A stretch of 63,747 bases of DNA, counting the filler, from Octopus bimaculoides (Eukaryota), in NCBI RefSeq assembly GCF_001194135.2. It is 9 parts of 8 records of this genome, joined end to end, with 100 filler letters (N's around TTAATTAATTAA, not from the genome) between each part and the next. Parts side by side here need not be neighbours in the genome. Positions count along the whole stretch, not along the records: positions 7,232 to 17,525 come from NC_068995.1; positions 17,626 to 24,385 come from NC_068983.1; 7 more parts are not named here. One strand, written 5' to 3'. Each line of letters opens with the position of its first letter. Within the stretch, counting starts at the first letter, position 1. Shown here piece after piece: positions 11,421 through 22,022 of this stretch. A model generated the notes under the pieces. That model had not been told where the DNA came from and ran no database searches. It saw only the letters and a list, made by a program, of their open reading frames with translations. Both the position numbers and the translations under genes were made by a program.

Positions 11421-12234
11421 CTAGCAGAGGCACCTGGCGTTGCTCGGGAATGAAATTGTTGCTTATATACTTGAAAAAAAAAGGCAAAATATGCTGTATA
11501 GAAATTTGAGAGGACATTCTGTAGATGAATGATGGCTGGGCGCCTCTCATGAATGGGGAAAATTGAAGATGTGCCAAAAAGCCTCATTGGTACTTGGAAA
11601 CTTTTACGAAAATTAAAATGGGGATTAAATGAAAAAAACGATTTACGTGAATATCCTCACAAGAGTAACTGAAATAAATGGCATTTACAAAGACACGCAC
11701 ACACACGTGTCTTTGTAAATGTGTTTGTATACATTTATGTATGTGTGTGTTTGTAAGAGACAGAGTGTGAGTGAGAGAGAGAGATTGTTATCATGTATAC
11801 GTAAATGCATAAATATGCATACATCTTTGTGTGTGTGTTTGTAAGAGACAGAGTGTGAGTAAAGTCAAGGGGTGTGTGTGTGCGTGTGTATGTGTGTGAG
11901 ATAGAGTGAGAGAGCGGTGTGTATGTAGTATTTACTCTCTCTCTCTCTCTCTCTTTCATACACACTCACACACACTCACACACAAAATAGAGGGTGAAGG
12001 TTTTTGCCGTTGTTACGTCAATACCGGAAGTTGACATTGAGGAACCTTTTTAAAGAAGTGAATCTTAAATATAAAGCAATATTATTTATTTTTAATTAAA
12101 AAAAATCAAATGAAGAGCCTAAGATTTATCCGAGGTCAAATTATTCACGCATCACAAGTATGGAAGCATTTGGTGAAGTCGATTTCACGTGAAAAGCGAT
12201 TACACACACATCTCTGTTTTATATATAGTATAGA
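11421..12234 (-). mobile_element. Complete non-autonomous Helitron (814 bp)
   Basis: Minus strand begins TCTATACTATATATAAAA and ends CCCGAGCAACGCCAGG...CTGCTAG (hairpin plus CTAG); inserted between A and T with no TSD. Confidence 0.85.
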
Positions 12235-13235
12235 TATANNNNNNNNNNNNNNNNNNNNNNNNNNNNNNNNNNNNNNNNNNNNNNNNNNNNNNNNNNNNNN
12301 NNNNNNNNNNNNNNNNNNNNNNNNNNNNNNNNNNNNNNNNNNNNNNNNNNNNNNNNNNNNNNNNNNNNNNNNNNNNNNNNNNNNNNNNNNNNNNNNNNNN
12401 NNNNNNNNNNNNNNNNNNNNNNNNNNNNNNNNNNNNNNNNNNNNNNNNNNNNNNNNNNNNNNNNNNNNNNNNNNNNNNNNNNNNNNNNNNNNNNNNNNNN
12501 NNNNNNNNNNNNNNNNNNNNNNNNNNNNNNNNNNNNNNNNNNNNNNNNNNNNNNNNNNNNNNNNNNNNNNNNNNNNNNNNNNNNNNNNNNNNNNNNNNNN
12601 NNNNNNNNNNNNNNNNNNNNNNNNNNNNNNNNNNNNNNNNNNNNNNNNNNNNNNNNNNNNNNNNNNNNNNNNNNNNNNNNNNNNNNNNNNNNNNNNNNNN
12701 NNNNNNNNNNNNNNNNNNNNNNNNNNNNNNNNNNNNNNNNNNNNNNNNNNNNNNNNNNNNNNNNNNNNNNNNNNNNNNNNNNNNNNNNNNNNNNNNNNNN
12801 NNNNNNNNNNNNNNNNNNNNNNNNNNNNNNNNNNNNNNNNNNNNNNNNNNNNNNNNNNNNNNNNNNNNNNNNNNNNNNNNNNNNNNNNNNNNNNNNNNNN
12901 NNNNNNNNNNNNNNNNNNNNNNNNNNNNNNNNNNNNNNNNNNNNNNNNNNNNNNNNNNNNNNNNNNNNNNNNNNNNNNNNNNNNNNNNNNNNNNNNNNNN
13001 NNNNNNNNNNNNNNNNNNNNNNNNNNNNNNNNNNNNNNNNNNNNNNNNNNNNNNNNNNNNNNNNNNNNNNNNNNNNNNNNNNNNNNNNNNNNNNNNNNNN
13101 NNNNNNNNNNNNNNNNNNNNNNNNNNNNNNNNNNNNNNNNNNNNNNNNNNNNNNNNNNNNNNNNNNNNNNNNNNNNNNNNNNNNNNNNNNNNNNNNNNNN
13201 NNNNNNNNNNNNNNNNNNNNNNNNNNNNNNNNNNN

Positions 13236-14036
13236 CAGTTGTGGTGTGCAAGAGACGATTGCGCTGGTATGGACATGTGGTGAGAATGGACGAGGATAGC
13301 TGCGTGAAAAAGTGCCACACCCTAACAGTTGAGGGAACCCGTGGAAGAGGTAGGCCCAGGAAGACCTGGGCTGAGGTAGTGAGGCAAGACCTTCAAACAT
13401 TGGGCCTCACCGAGGCGATGACTTCTGACCGAGACCTTTGGAAATGTGCTGTGCGTGAGAAGACCCGACAAGCCAAGTGAGACCTAAATCCAAGGCCTCT
13501 GCTAGGGGTGTAGCCAGCCCACTCATGCATACCATTGCTACATTGGAAGACTTGTTGAGGCAAGTGAAATCAAACTAAATTCGACAACTGGCACCTGTGC
13601 CAACGTCGTCTCCTTCATTGGACACGAAACTGTTTGTGAAGACTTATTGGGGCAAGCAAAAGCGAAATCGGGATAGCACCTGTGCCCAGCGTCGTCTTTC
13701 TGGCACTTGTGCCCGTGACATGGTGTAAGGATTTTCGAGCGAGATCGTTGCCAGTGCCCCTGGACTGGCTCTTGTGTGGGTGGCACATAAAATACACCAT
13801 TTTGAGCGTGGTCGTTGCCAGTACCACCTGACTGGCCTTTATGCAGGTGACACGTAAAAGCACCCACTACACTCTCTGAGTGGTTGGCGTTAGGAAGGGC
13901 ATCCAGCTGTAGAAACTCTGCCAAATCAGATTAGAGCCTGGTGTTGCCATCCGGTTTCACCAGTCCTCAGTCAAATCGTCCAACTCATGCTAGCATGGTA
14001 AGTGGACGTTCAACGATGATGATGATGATGATGATG
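13236..14036 (+). mobile_element. RTE LINE 3' end: ORF C-terminus (13239-13480) plus 3' UTR and (GAT)n tail
   Basis: RRLRWYGHVVRM...GTRGRGRPRKTW...DRDLW is the RTE-clade C-terminal signature; the 5' part is lost in a gap. Confidence 0.92.
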
Positions 14037-14040
14037 TGTA

Positions 14041-15570
14041 TCGTGCTTAATTGCAGGTCAAATTTTTGTTGACATTTTGAATATTAAACATTGTACAAAT
14101 GTGAAACTTGGTCCACTGAAAAATCCTAGGTAGGTACATATGCAGTGACCATTTCAATCGTATTGATACAATACAAAGTTATGCTGAGTTATGCATTTTG
14201 AGGTGTTTTCAACTGTGTCATGCTTTATTGCAGGTGTACGAAAATGTCAATTTAAAGTAATAAAACAAAGTATTATCATTAGATTACTATGTTATGGTAA
14301 TAGTGAAACACACTACTAAAGATTAGCAGCAAAAGATATGAAACAAACACAATTAAATTGTTGTTGCTGAAGTTTGTCTACATAACTTCCTTGTTTAGAA
14401 ACGACATCAAACAGTCTTTTGTCCACAGATGTTAGCTGGCTAATCTGAGATGTTATGGTACCAGCAACTGTTTTGATCTTTTCCCACAGGGCATCCTTTG
14501 ATGGAAGCTGGATACCTCCTTCATACACTTTCTTCTTCATGATTGACCAGAGCTGTTCAATAGGGTTTAGGTCAGGAGAACAGAGAGGTCAAGCCAGGAG
14601 TGATTGGCCTGTGATTCCCAAAGTTGTGAGGTACAAAATTGTAGCCTTGGTTAAAAGTGAAGGAGCATTGTCATGCATAAAAATCAATCGCCATCGACAC
14701 GACAGTAGCAGATCATCTAACCATGCTGCAAAATGCTCCTCCATGAATGCGGTGCAAGAGTTGCTGGTGAGCTTGACACCTTCTGGCACCCAGAAAGGCC
14801 TGACAAGTTCATTTCCTATGATTCTCGCCCAAAAACATGACACCACCAACTTCTTGATCCAAATGTGATGTGGGCGACAGGCTCCAAGAGGTACCCAAAT
14901 TTGGCCCGTCCGTCTGGGCCATCCAGAGTAGCTCTGGCCTCATATGAGAAGAGGACATCTTGAAAATTGATCTTCGTGTACTTCTGTACCCAATCAATAC
15001 GTTTCTCTTTGTGGTTCTTCCTTAGGAGGGATCTAGCGATGCACTTAATACTTCTGGCCGTCTCTTTAAGGATCCTACACTGAGTGCTTCTCGACAGAGG
15101 AGCAACCTCAGCAATTTTAAATATGGCAGTACTTGTGCCACCAAGGTCTTTTCTTACTTGTCTACCTATTTTTCGGATGTCACGCTGGGATACACTTCTC
15201 ATACCTTTATCTTGCCTTGGTTTGGTGATGGGGTTTTCCACATACGCCTTCAATGTTCTTGTATCCCTACCAAGTTCATGGGCTCATTCTACAGATAAGA
15301 CTTCTGCGAGACCTGCAACAATCTCCATCTTTTCTGTAGCTGTCAGACATCGTTCAGGGACATTTTCATACACTTGCAATGAAGCGTGATACAGTTAAAA
15401 GCACTTCAAAACATATAACTCAAGATAACTTTGTATGTCGCTTATCAATATGATTGAAATGTCCACTGTGTACATACATATCTAGCATCTTTCAATGGAA
15501 CAAGTTTCCTGCTTGTATAATGCATAATATTCAAAATATCAATAAAAATTTGACGTGCAATAAAGTGTGA
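14041..15570 (-). mobile_element. Full-length but pseudogenised Tc1/mariner transposon, DD37E (TRT-like)
   Basis: TA flanks at 14039-14040 and 15571-15572; ~210-bp TIRs; relic motifs VLFS(D)EARATLDGPDG, HDNAPS, SPDLNPIE; 37 residues between the second D and E; stops and frameshifts present. Confidence 0.9.
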
Positions 15571-15585
15571 TACACAGTTTATATA

Positions 15586-15934
15586 CAGGAGTTGGACAAA
15601 ATAATGGAAGCACCAAGCATCATAATTTTGAAATATCTATAAAACCATCAAAAGCTTGTTTATTTACTGTTCGCCAGGAGCTGCACAAAGTTTGGATTTC
15701 ATTGGAGGGATGCAATTAGAAAACCACTACTTTCAAAAACAAACGTTGCAAAGCATTTAGAGTGGATTAAAACCTACAGAATTGGTCCCAAGAGCAGTAG
15801 AAGACTGTTACTTTCTTGGACGAGTCATGCTTTACCTTATTTCCGACCACTGGCCGAGTATACGAGTGGAGACAGCCAAAAGAAACATTTGACCCAGACT
15901 GCCTTCTTCCCACTGTTAAACATGGAGGAGGATC
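15586..15934 (+). mobile_element. Internally deleted Tc1 (Incomer-like) copy, truncated by a gap
   Basis: TA-CAGGAGTTGGACAAAATAATGG TIR; LDESCFTLFPTTGRVYEWRQPKETFDPDCLLPTVKHGGG. Confidence 0.85.
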
Positions 15935-16379
15935 NNNNNNNNNNNNNNNNNNNNNNNNNNNNNNNNNNNNNNNNNNNNNNNNNNNNNNNNNNNNNNNNNN
16001 NNNNNNNNNNNNNNNNNNNNNNNNNNNNNNNNNNNNNNNNNNNNNNNNNNNNNNNNNNNNNNNNNNNNNNNNNNNNNNNNNNNNNNNNNNNNNNNNNNNN
16101 NNNNNNNNNNNNNNNNNNNNNNNNNNNNNNNNNNNNNNNNNNNNNNNNNNNNNNNNNNNNNNNNNNNNNNNNNNNNNNNNNNNNNNNNNNNNNNNNNNNN
16201 NNNNNNNNNNNNNNNNNNNNNNNNNNNNNNNNNNNNNNNNNNNNNNNNNNNNNNNNNNNNNNNNNNNNNNNNNNNNNNNNNNNNNNNNNNNNNNNNNNNN
16301 NNNNNNNNNNNNNNNNNNNNNNNNNNNNNNNNNNNNNNNNNNNNNNNNNNNNNNNNNNNNNNNNNNNNNNNNNNNNNNN

Positions 16380-17525
16380 AAACTCCTGCCCAGCGCCTGT
16401 TTGGGGCTATATATAACTAACACATGCGACTGATTCCTTCACTTGCTCCTAAAATCTTTGCCAAATTAATACGACCATAACAGAATGACCAGATAAGTCT
16501 TCCTGTCTTTTAGCCAGGCTTCCACTTACTACTTATTTTTGCCTTTGATCTTCATACCTTAAACTCTGCGTATTTCCATGTTTTCAGTTGTATTTCCTCG
16601 CACAGTCACTTAAAGCTATATCTTGTCTTAGAATTAGCTGGCCACCATTCTGTATTTACTGTGTACAAACAATAGAAATTCCTAAACGCCTCGTGCTTTG
16701 AATAACCCTCTCTCTCTTTTAATCTTTCTCTTTCAATTTCACTCCCTCCCTGTTTTAATCTGTCTGTGCCTCTCCCGATATTTATTTCACTATGTATATC
16801 TCGATTCCACTCTCTCTCTCTCTATATATATATATATCTTCTCCCTCCCCTCCAATTAACTCCTGCCCAGCGGCTGTTTGGTGCACCCGCCCTCCCACCT
16901 CCTCCACCAGTACCGGAAGTTCCTATCTTGTACTCCAGTACCAGAAGTTCCTATCTTCTACACCAGTATCGGAGGTTCCTATCTTCTACACCAGTATCGG
17001 AGGTTCTTATCTTCCTCACCAGTACCATGACTGTCCCCCATGAACACTTCTAAAGAGTTTCCACCCCCACTTTGGTTTTATCCCCCTATGTAAAGTAGAG
17101 ATCATATGGTGCATACTACGATAGTATAGTGGATGCTGGCTGAAAGGAATGCTACTGATTGTTATGTTCTCTGCAAAATGCGAGCTTTCTTTTCAGGTAC
17201 ATGAGGCCGTTCCCTGCCCCAAGGTTTTACGAGTCCATACCCCCCACACCCTCAGGGTTGGCACTCTTAACGTCGGCACACTGAAAGGTAGATCTGGTGA
17301 GATTGTTGAGATGCTTGAACGGAGACGTGTCAATATCTGCTGCTTCCAAGAAGTACGGTGGAGAGGTTGTTCCGCTAGGCTCCTCACAGGCAAAGAACAC
17401 AGGTACAAGATTTTCTGGGCAGGAAACACAGACGGGGTCAGGGGTGTGGGTATACTTCTTGCAGAGAAATGGGTGGATAAGGTAATCGAGGTGGTTAGAG
17501 TATGCGATAGAATACTTAAGATTAG
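16380..17525 (+). mobile_element. RTE LINE 5' part with AP-endonuclease N-terminus (17164-17525)
   Basis: LRVGTLNVGTL...ICCFQEVRWRG...GVGILL APE motifs; truncated by a spacer gap; the 5' boundary is approximate. Confidence 0.85.
16907..17026. repeat. 28-bp minisatellite, 4.3 units
   Basis: CCAGTAYCRGARGTTCYTATCTT(5 nt) units start at 16907, 16935, 16963, 16991 and 17019. Confidence 0.9.
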
Positions 17526-17625
17526 NNNNNNNNNNNNNNNNNNNNNNNNNNNNNNNNNNNNNNNNNNNNTTAATTAATTAANNNNNNNNNNNNNNNNNNN
17601 NNNNNNNNNNNNNNNNNNNNNNNNN

Positions 17626-18330
17626 CTGGAAATCTTTGAATTTTATATGGTAGAATTTTATATATTGAATAATTTTGCCGCCTACATTCGATTACCGATT
17701 TATTTCCTTCAGAATATTCCAGTAAGATGAAACCAATTACGTCTACAATATTCTATGTATATTATATAATAAAGAAAATTTTTATTCTCTACCTCATTGT
17801 ATCCAGACATCTTTTAATATATTACACTACATTGGTAATATAATAAATAATAAAAACAACAGAAACGTCTTACAGACGCAGTTTCATGTTTTATGTTTAT
17901 CGGTATATTTATACGCCTGTGGCTAAACTATGCGTTCTTTAAATTTAAATTCATTCTATACATTTGTATCCAATAGATTTCTTTTACGTATCCTTATATG
18001 TATAAAAACTTTTGGGTCATACGTTTGCGTGAATCGGGTGTTTATGCAATTTTTGTTATAAAGAAGGCGTTTGAAGAATCTATAAATTTGGGATACACTG
18101 ATTACATACTTTCCGTAAAAAGTATGTTATTTGGAAAATGCGCTTCAAAACTTCTTGCGTATATTTGCAATCTGGGATCTTGTATGCATCTGATAATGTC
18201 TGGATTTGACATTGAAGAATTTTCGTATATTCAAGAAGCTTGTTTAACTTCCATTACTAATTTATTTCCTGCTGAAAATTGTAGAATGATAAAACCAATT
18301 TGGTGCAGGATACGTTTTTCCAAAAAGAAC
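17626..18330 (+). pseudogene. Unidentified coding-like relic with an internal 562-bp-offset duplication
   Basis: One frame is open 17854-18330 apart from a single TAG; the motif EFSYI..C.L.SIT.LFP.E...M.KPI recurs upstream at 17626-17738. Confidence 0.35.
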
Positions 18331-18581
18331 ACACACACGCACACATAGGCGCGTAGGCACATGCACATGGGTACGTACACACACACACACACACACACAC
18401 GTATGCAAATACACACACACACACACACGTATGCAAATACACACACACAAGCACATGTGAAAATATATATGTATCATGTCCTTAAGTATTCACATATCTA
18501 TCTATCTATCTATATATGTATGTATGTATATATGTATTTATGTATATGTGTGTATATGTATATATATGTGTGTCGTAGGTG

Positions 18582-18664
<83 letters not shown>

Positions 18665-18703
18665 GTGTGTATGTGCGCGTGTGTGTGTGTGTGTATGCAT
18701 ATA

Positions 18704-19936
18704 CATGGGATGGACAAAATAATGGAAACATCTAGCATCACAGCATCATAATTTTGAAATATCTATAAAATCGTCAAAAGTTTCTTTATTTTTATGTTTT
18801 TTTAATTTATTATTAGTGTTACTTAATATTTTTTGCTGAAATTACTGTTTCCTTTCAGATATCATCAGAAAAAGGTAATTAAAACTCATTAAAGTGACAG
18901 ATCTTTCGGACTTTCAAAGAGCTCAAATTGTTGGTGCTCGTACAGCATGCGCTAGCGAAACAAAAAAACAGCCGAAATGCTTGGTGTATCAAGAAAAACT
19001 GTCTCGAAAGTAATGTGACAGCCTTTGAGAAAGAGGGAAAAACCTCCTCGTTGAAACAAAACTCCGGAAGAAAGCCAAAACTTTCAGATAGGGAACGTCT
19101 GACTCTAATGCGAATTGTTAGAAAGGATCACAAAAGTAGAGCTACCAAATTTACTGCAGAGCTTCATGACCACCTCGAGAACCCAGTTTCCATAAAAACT
19201 ATTCCCCGGGAGATGCACAAACCTGGATTTCACTGGAGGGCTGCAATCAGAAAATCCCTACTTTCAAAAACAAACATTACAAAGATTAGATTGGAGTAAA
19301 ATCCTTCAGATTTGGTAACTTATTTCCGACCACCGGCCGAGTATACGTATGGAGACAGCCAAAAGAAGCATTTGACCCAGACTGCCTTCTTCCAACTGTT
19401 AAACATGGAGGAAAATCTCTGATGACCTGGGGTAGGGGGCAGGGCTATATCTTGGAAATCCGCCGGCCCAATGGTTTCCTTTCATGGCAGAATTAATAGT
19501 CAAGATTATTCAAGCACTTTATCTGATCGAATACATCCTGTGGTTGAGAAACTGATTCCGGAGGGAAACGCAATCTTTTAGGATGATAATGCACCAGCTC
19601 ACATAGGTAAAGTTTTTACTGAATGGCACGAGGAACATTCTAGTAAAGTTGAACATCTTATCTGGCCACCAGTCGTCAGATCTTAATATTATCGAACATT
19701 TATGGTGCATTTTAGAAAAGCAAGGAGTTGATATCCTCCACCATCATCACTACACGAACTACAGACTGTTTTAACTGAAGAATGGACAAAAATTCCTTTG
19801 GAAATAATTCAAACTTTGTACGAGTCCATACCTCATAGAATTGAATCTGTAATTACTGCCAAAGGTGGTCCTATCCCATATTAAAATAAATTTGCTTGAA
19901 ATTTTAAGGTGTTTCCATTATTTTGTCCAACCCCTG
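18704..19936 (+). mobile_element. Tc1/mariner transposon pseudogene, Incomer-like (DD36E after repairing one frameshift)
   Basis: TIRs CATGGGATGGACAAAATAATGGAAAC / GTTTCCATTATTTTGTCCAACCCCTG with TA flanks; DLSDFQRAQIVGAR, QNSGRKPKLSDR, DDNAP...WPP(Q)SSDLNIIE; the first-D segment is deleted. Confidence 0.88.
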
Positions 19937-19990
19937 TATATGTATATGTATGCATATATATGTATATGTACACACACACGTGTGTATATG

Positions 19991-20048
<58 letters not shown>

Positions 20049-20996
20049 TATATATATGTATATACTCAAATGCATGTACTTATGTGCTATATATGGCTGT
20101 ACATGTATATGTCCCTTAAAGTATTATATAACTAAGAGATAGCTATAGCTTCTGCGTTTTACTTTGAGGCCAGTTTGATCCAGTACATACATGTTCAAAT
20201 ACAGTTCACATCTGACCATCCGATCATGTAATATTGAGACATTTTATATCCAGCTGTTCACAAACATATGATACGTTTCAGAACCCGGCGCATTTCGAAG
20301 GCTACAGCGTAGCTACTGACGTATATATAAACTATAAACATAACAAAATCATGAAAAACCGATGTTATGCATCGCTATTGCTTATCTTTTCTTTTTGTAA
20401 ACCGTGATGGAGGTTATTTGACATCCTGTATATCATTATTGCATATCTATATAGGAGTCTTTGCGAAAGGGCATTCTGTAATTTGAGGGAATTTGGATGC
20501 AAATTCGCCCTGTGGTAAACTTTTGTGTCGTATAATACTCACATGCTTTATATGTAATATTGTCCCATGTTGACAAGACATCTGAGAGACTCACTTCTTT
20601 GTTCCCTCACTACAAGCACCACATTTTAAACCTGTTTTGGGGTTGTGTATATCCCCTTAACTTTCCGGGTCGGTGAAGGAGTTAGAATAAATTACTAAGA
20701 TAAAGGTTATTCGACTATACCCCTCAAAGTTGTGTCCGTACATGGCTGTAATCCAATGACTGAAATAAGAAAAAGATAAAAAACTAAAAGATGATACAAT
20801 TCCTGCCATTATTTTCCCAGTGTCTCTTTGTTTTAGCTGTACGTACGCAACATTGCATAATTGCTTTATACCTAATATGTTCATTTTATTGAGCTCTCTA
20901 CTAATCGCTTGTCATTGTAGAAATATTTAAATGATCACAGCAATGTATTTCTTTACACGCACAAACATACACATACATAAACACACACACACACAT

Positions 20997-21170
20997 ACAT
21001 ACATACATACATACATACACACATACATACATACGTACATACATACATACATACATGTATGCATACATACATACATACATACATACATGTATGCATACAT
21101 ACATACATACATACATACATGTATGCATACATACATACATACATACATACATGTATGCATACATACATAT
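20997..21170. repeat. (TACA)n tetranucleotide array with periodic TGTATGCA variants
   Basis: Direct inspection. Confidence 0.9.
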
Positions 21171-21675
21171 ATCAGTGTACAGTGAGTTAATTAAATATGC
21201 TCAATCACGACGTAATTACAACTCAGCAGCTGAAGATACTCACTTAAAGCTAGTGTATTAGTTACTCACTATCTCTCCATCCATGAATCCAATTATACTC
21301 CTGTTAAACCTTAAAACAGAGAAATAAACGACAACTCGAATTATGGTATTCAAATACTTAAACTCGTTGACCTCATATAGCATACATGAGACATGTCATT
21401 AGTTATTTTACTAATTGGTTTTCAGAAGATTTGTAATTACTAAGCATTACAGGTAAGTGAGAATGCATTTAAATACTTATCTACCAGTTTAATGCTAATT
21501 CCGTCTACACAAATCCATGCGTCCTTCATTCCCTGTTGTTATTTGCATAAATAGAGATGACAATTTAATCACATATGTACGTTCAAATGCAGAAACCCAT
21601 GTTTCCCGATAGAAATATGTTTGAGTGTCAATATGTATGTATTTTCGTCTGTGTCAGTGAAGGAGTGAAGGTATA

Positions 21676-21729
<54 letters not shown>

Positions 21730-21991
21730 TGTGTGTTTGTGTGTTTGTGATTATATGTGTGTACGCGTGCTTTTGGTGTATTTTAAAATCAATACTTACC
21801 CATATACTCGTTAATAAACGTTTGTACATTTGTGTTAAAGCAGGCAGATTCCCTACATGTCATGTAATGCTGCAATACACACCCTAATTTATAGGCCCTC
21901 AAATATTTGTTTAGAAATGGTGGATGGTACCGAGATACTGTCAGATAATGAGCAACAGTTCTAGTGCATGAATACATACATACATACAAAC

Positions 21992-22022
<31 letters not shown>

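Noticed and set aside
16907-17026. 28-bp repeats as a CRISPR array
   Set aside because: Units are contiguous with no unique spacers; eukaryotic context, no cas genes.
18361-18751. ORFs rich in YI/HT/CV/poly-I/L/D (here and throughout) and ORFs spanning N runs
   Set aside because: Translations of microsatellites or gaps.
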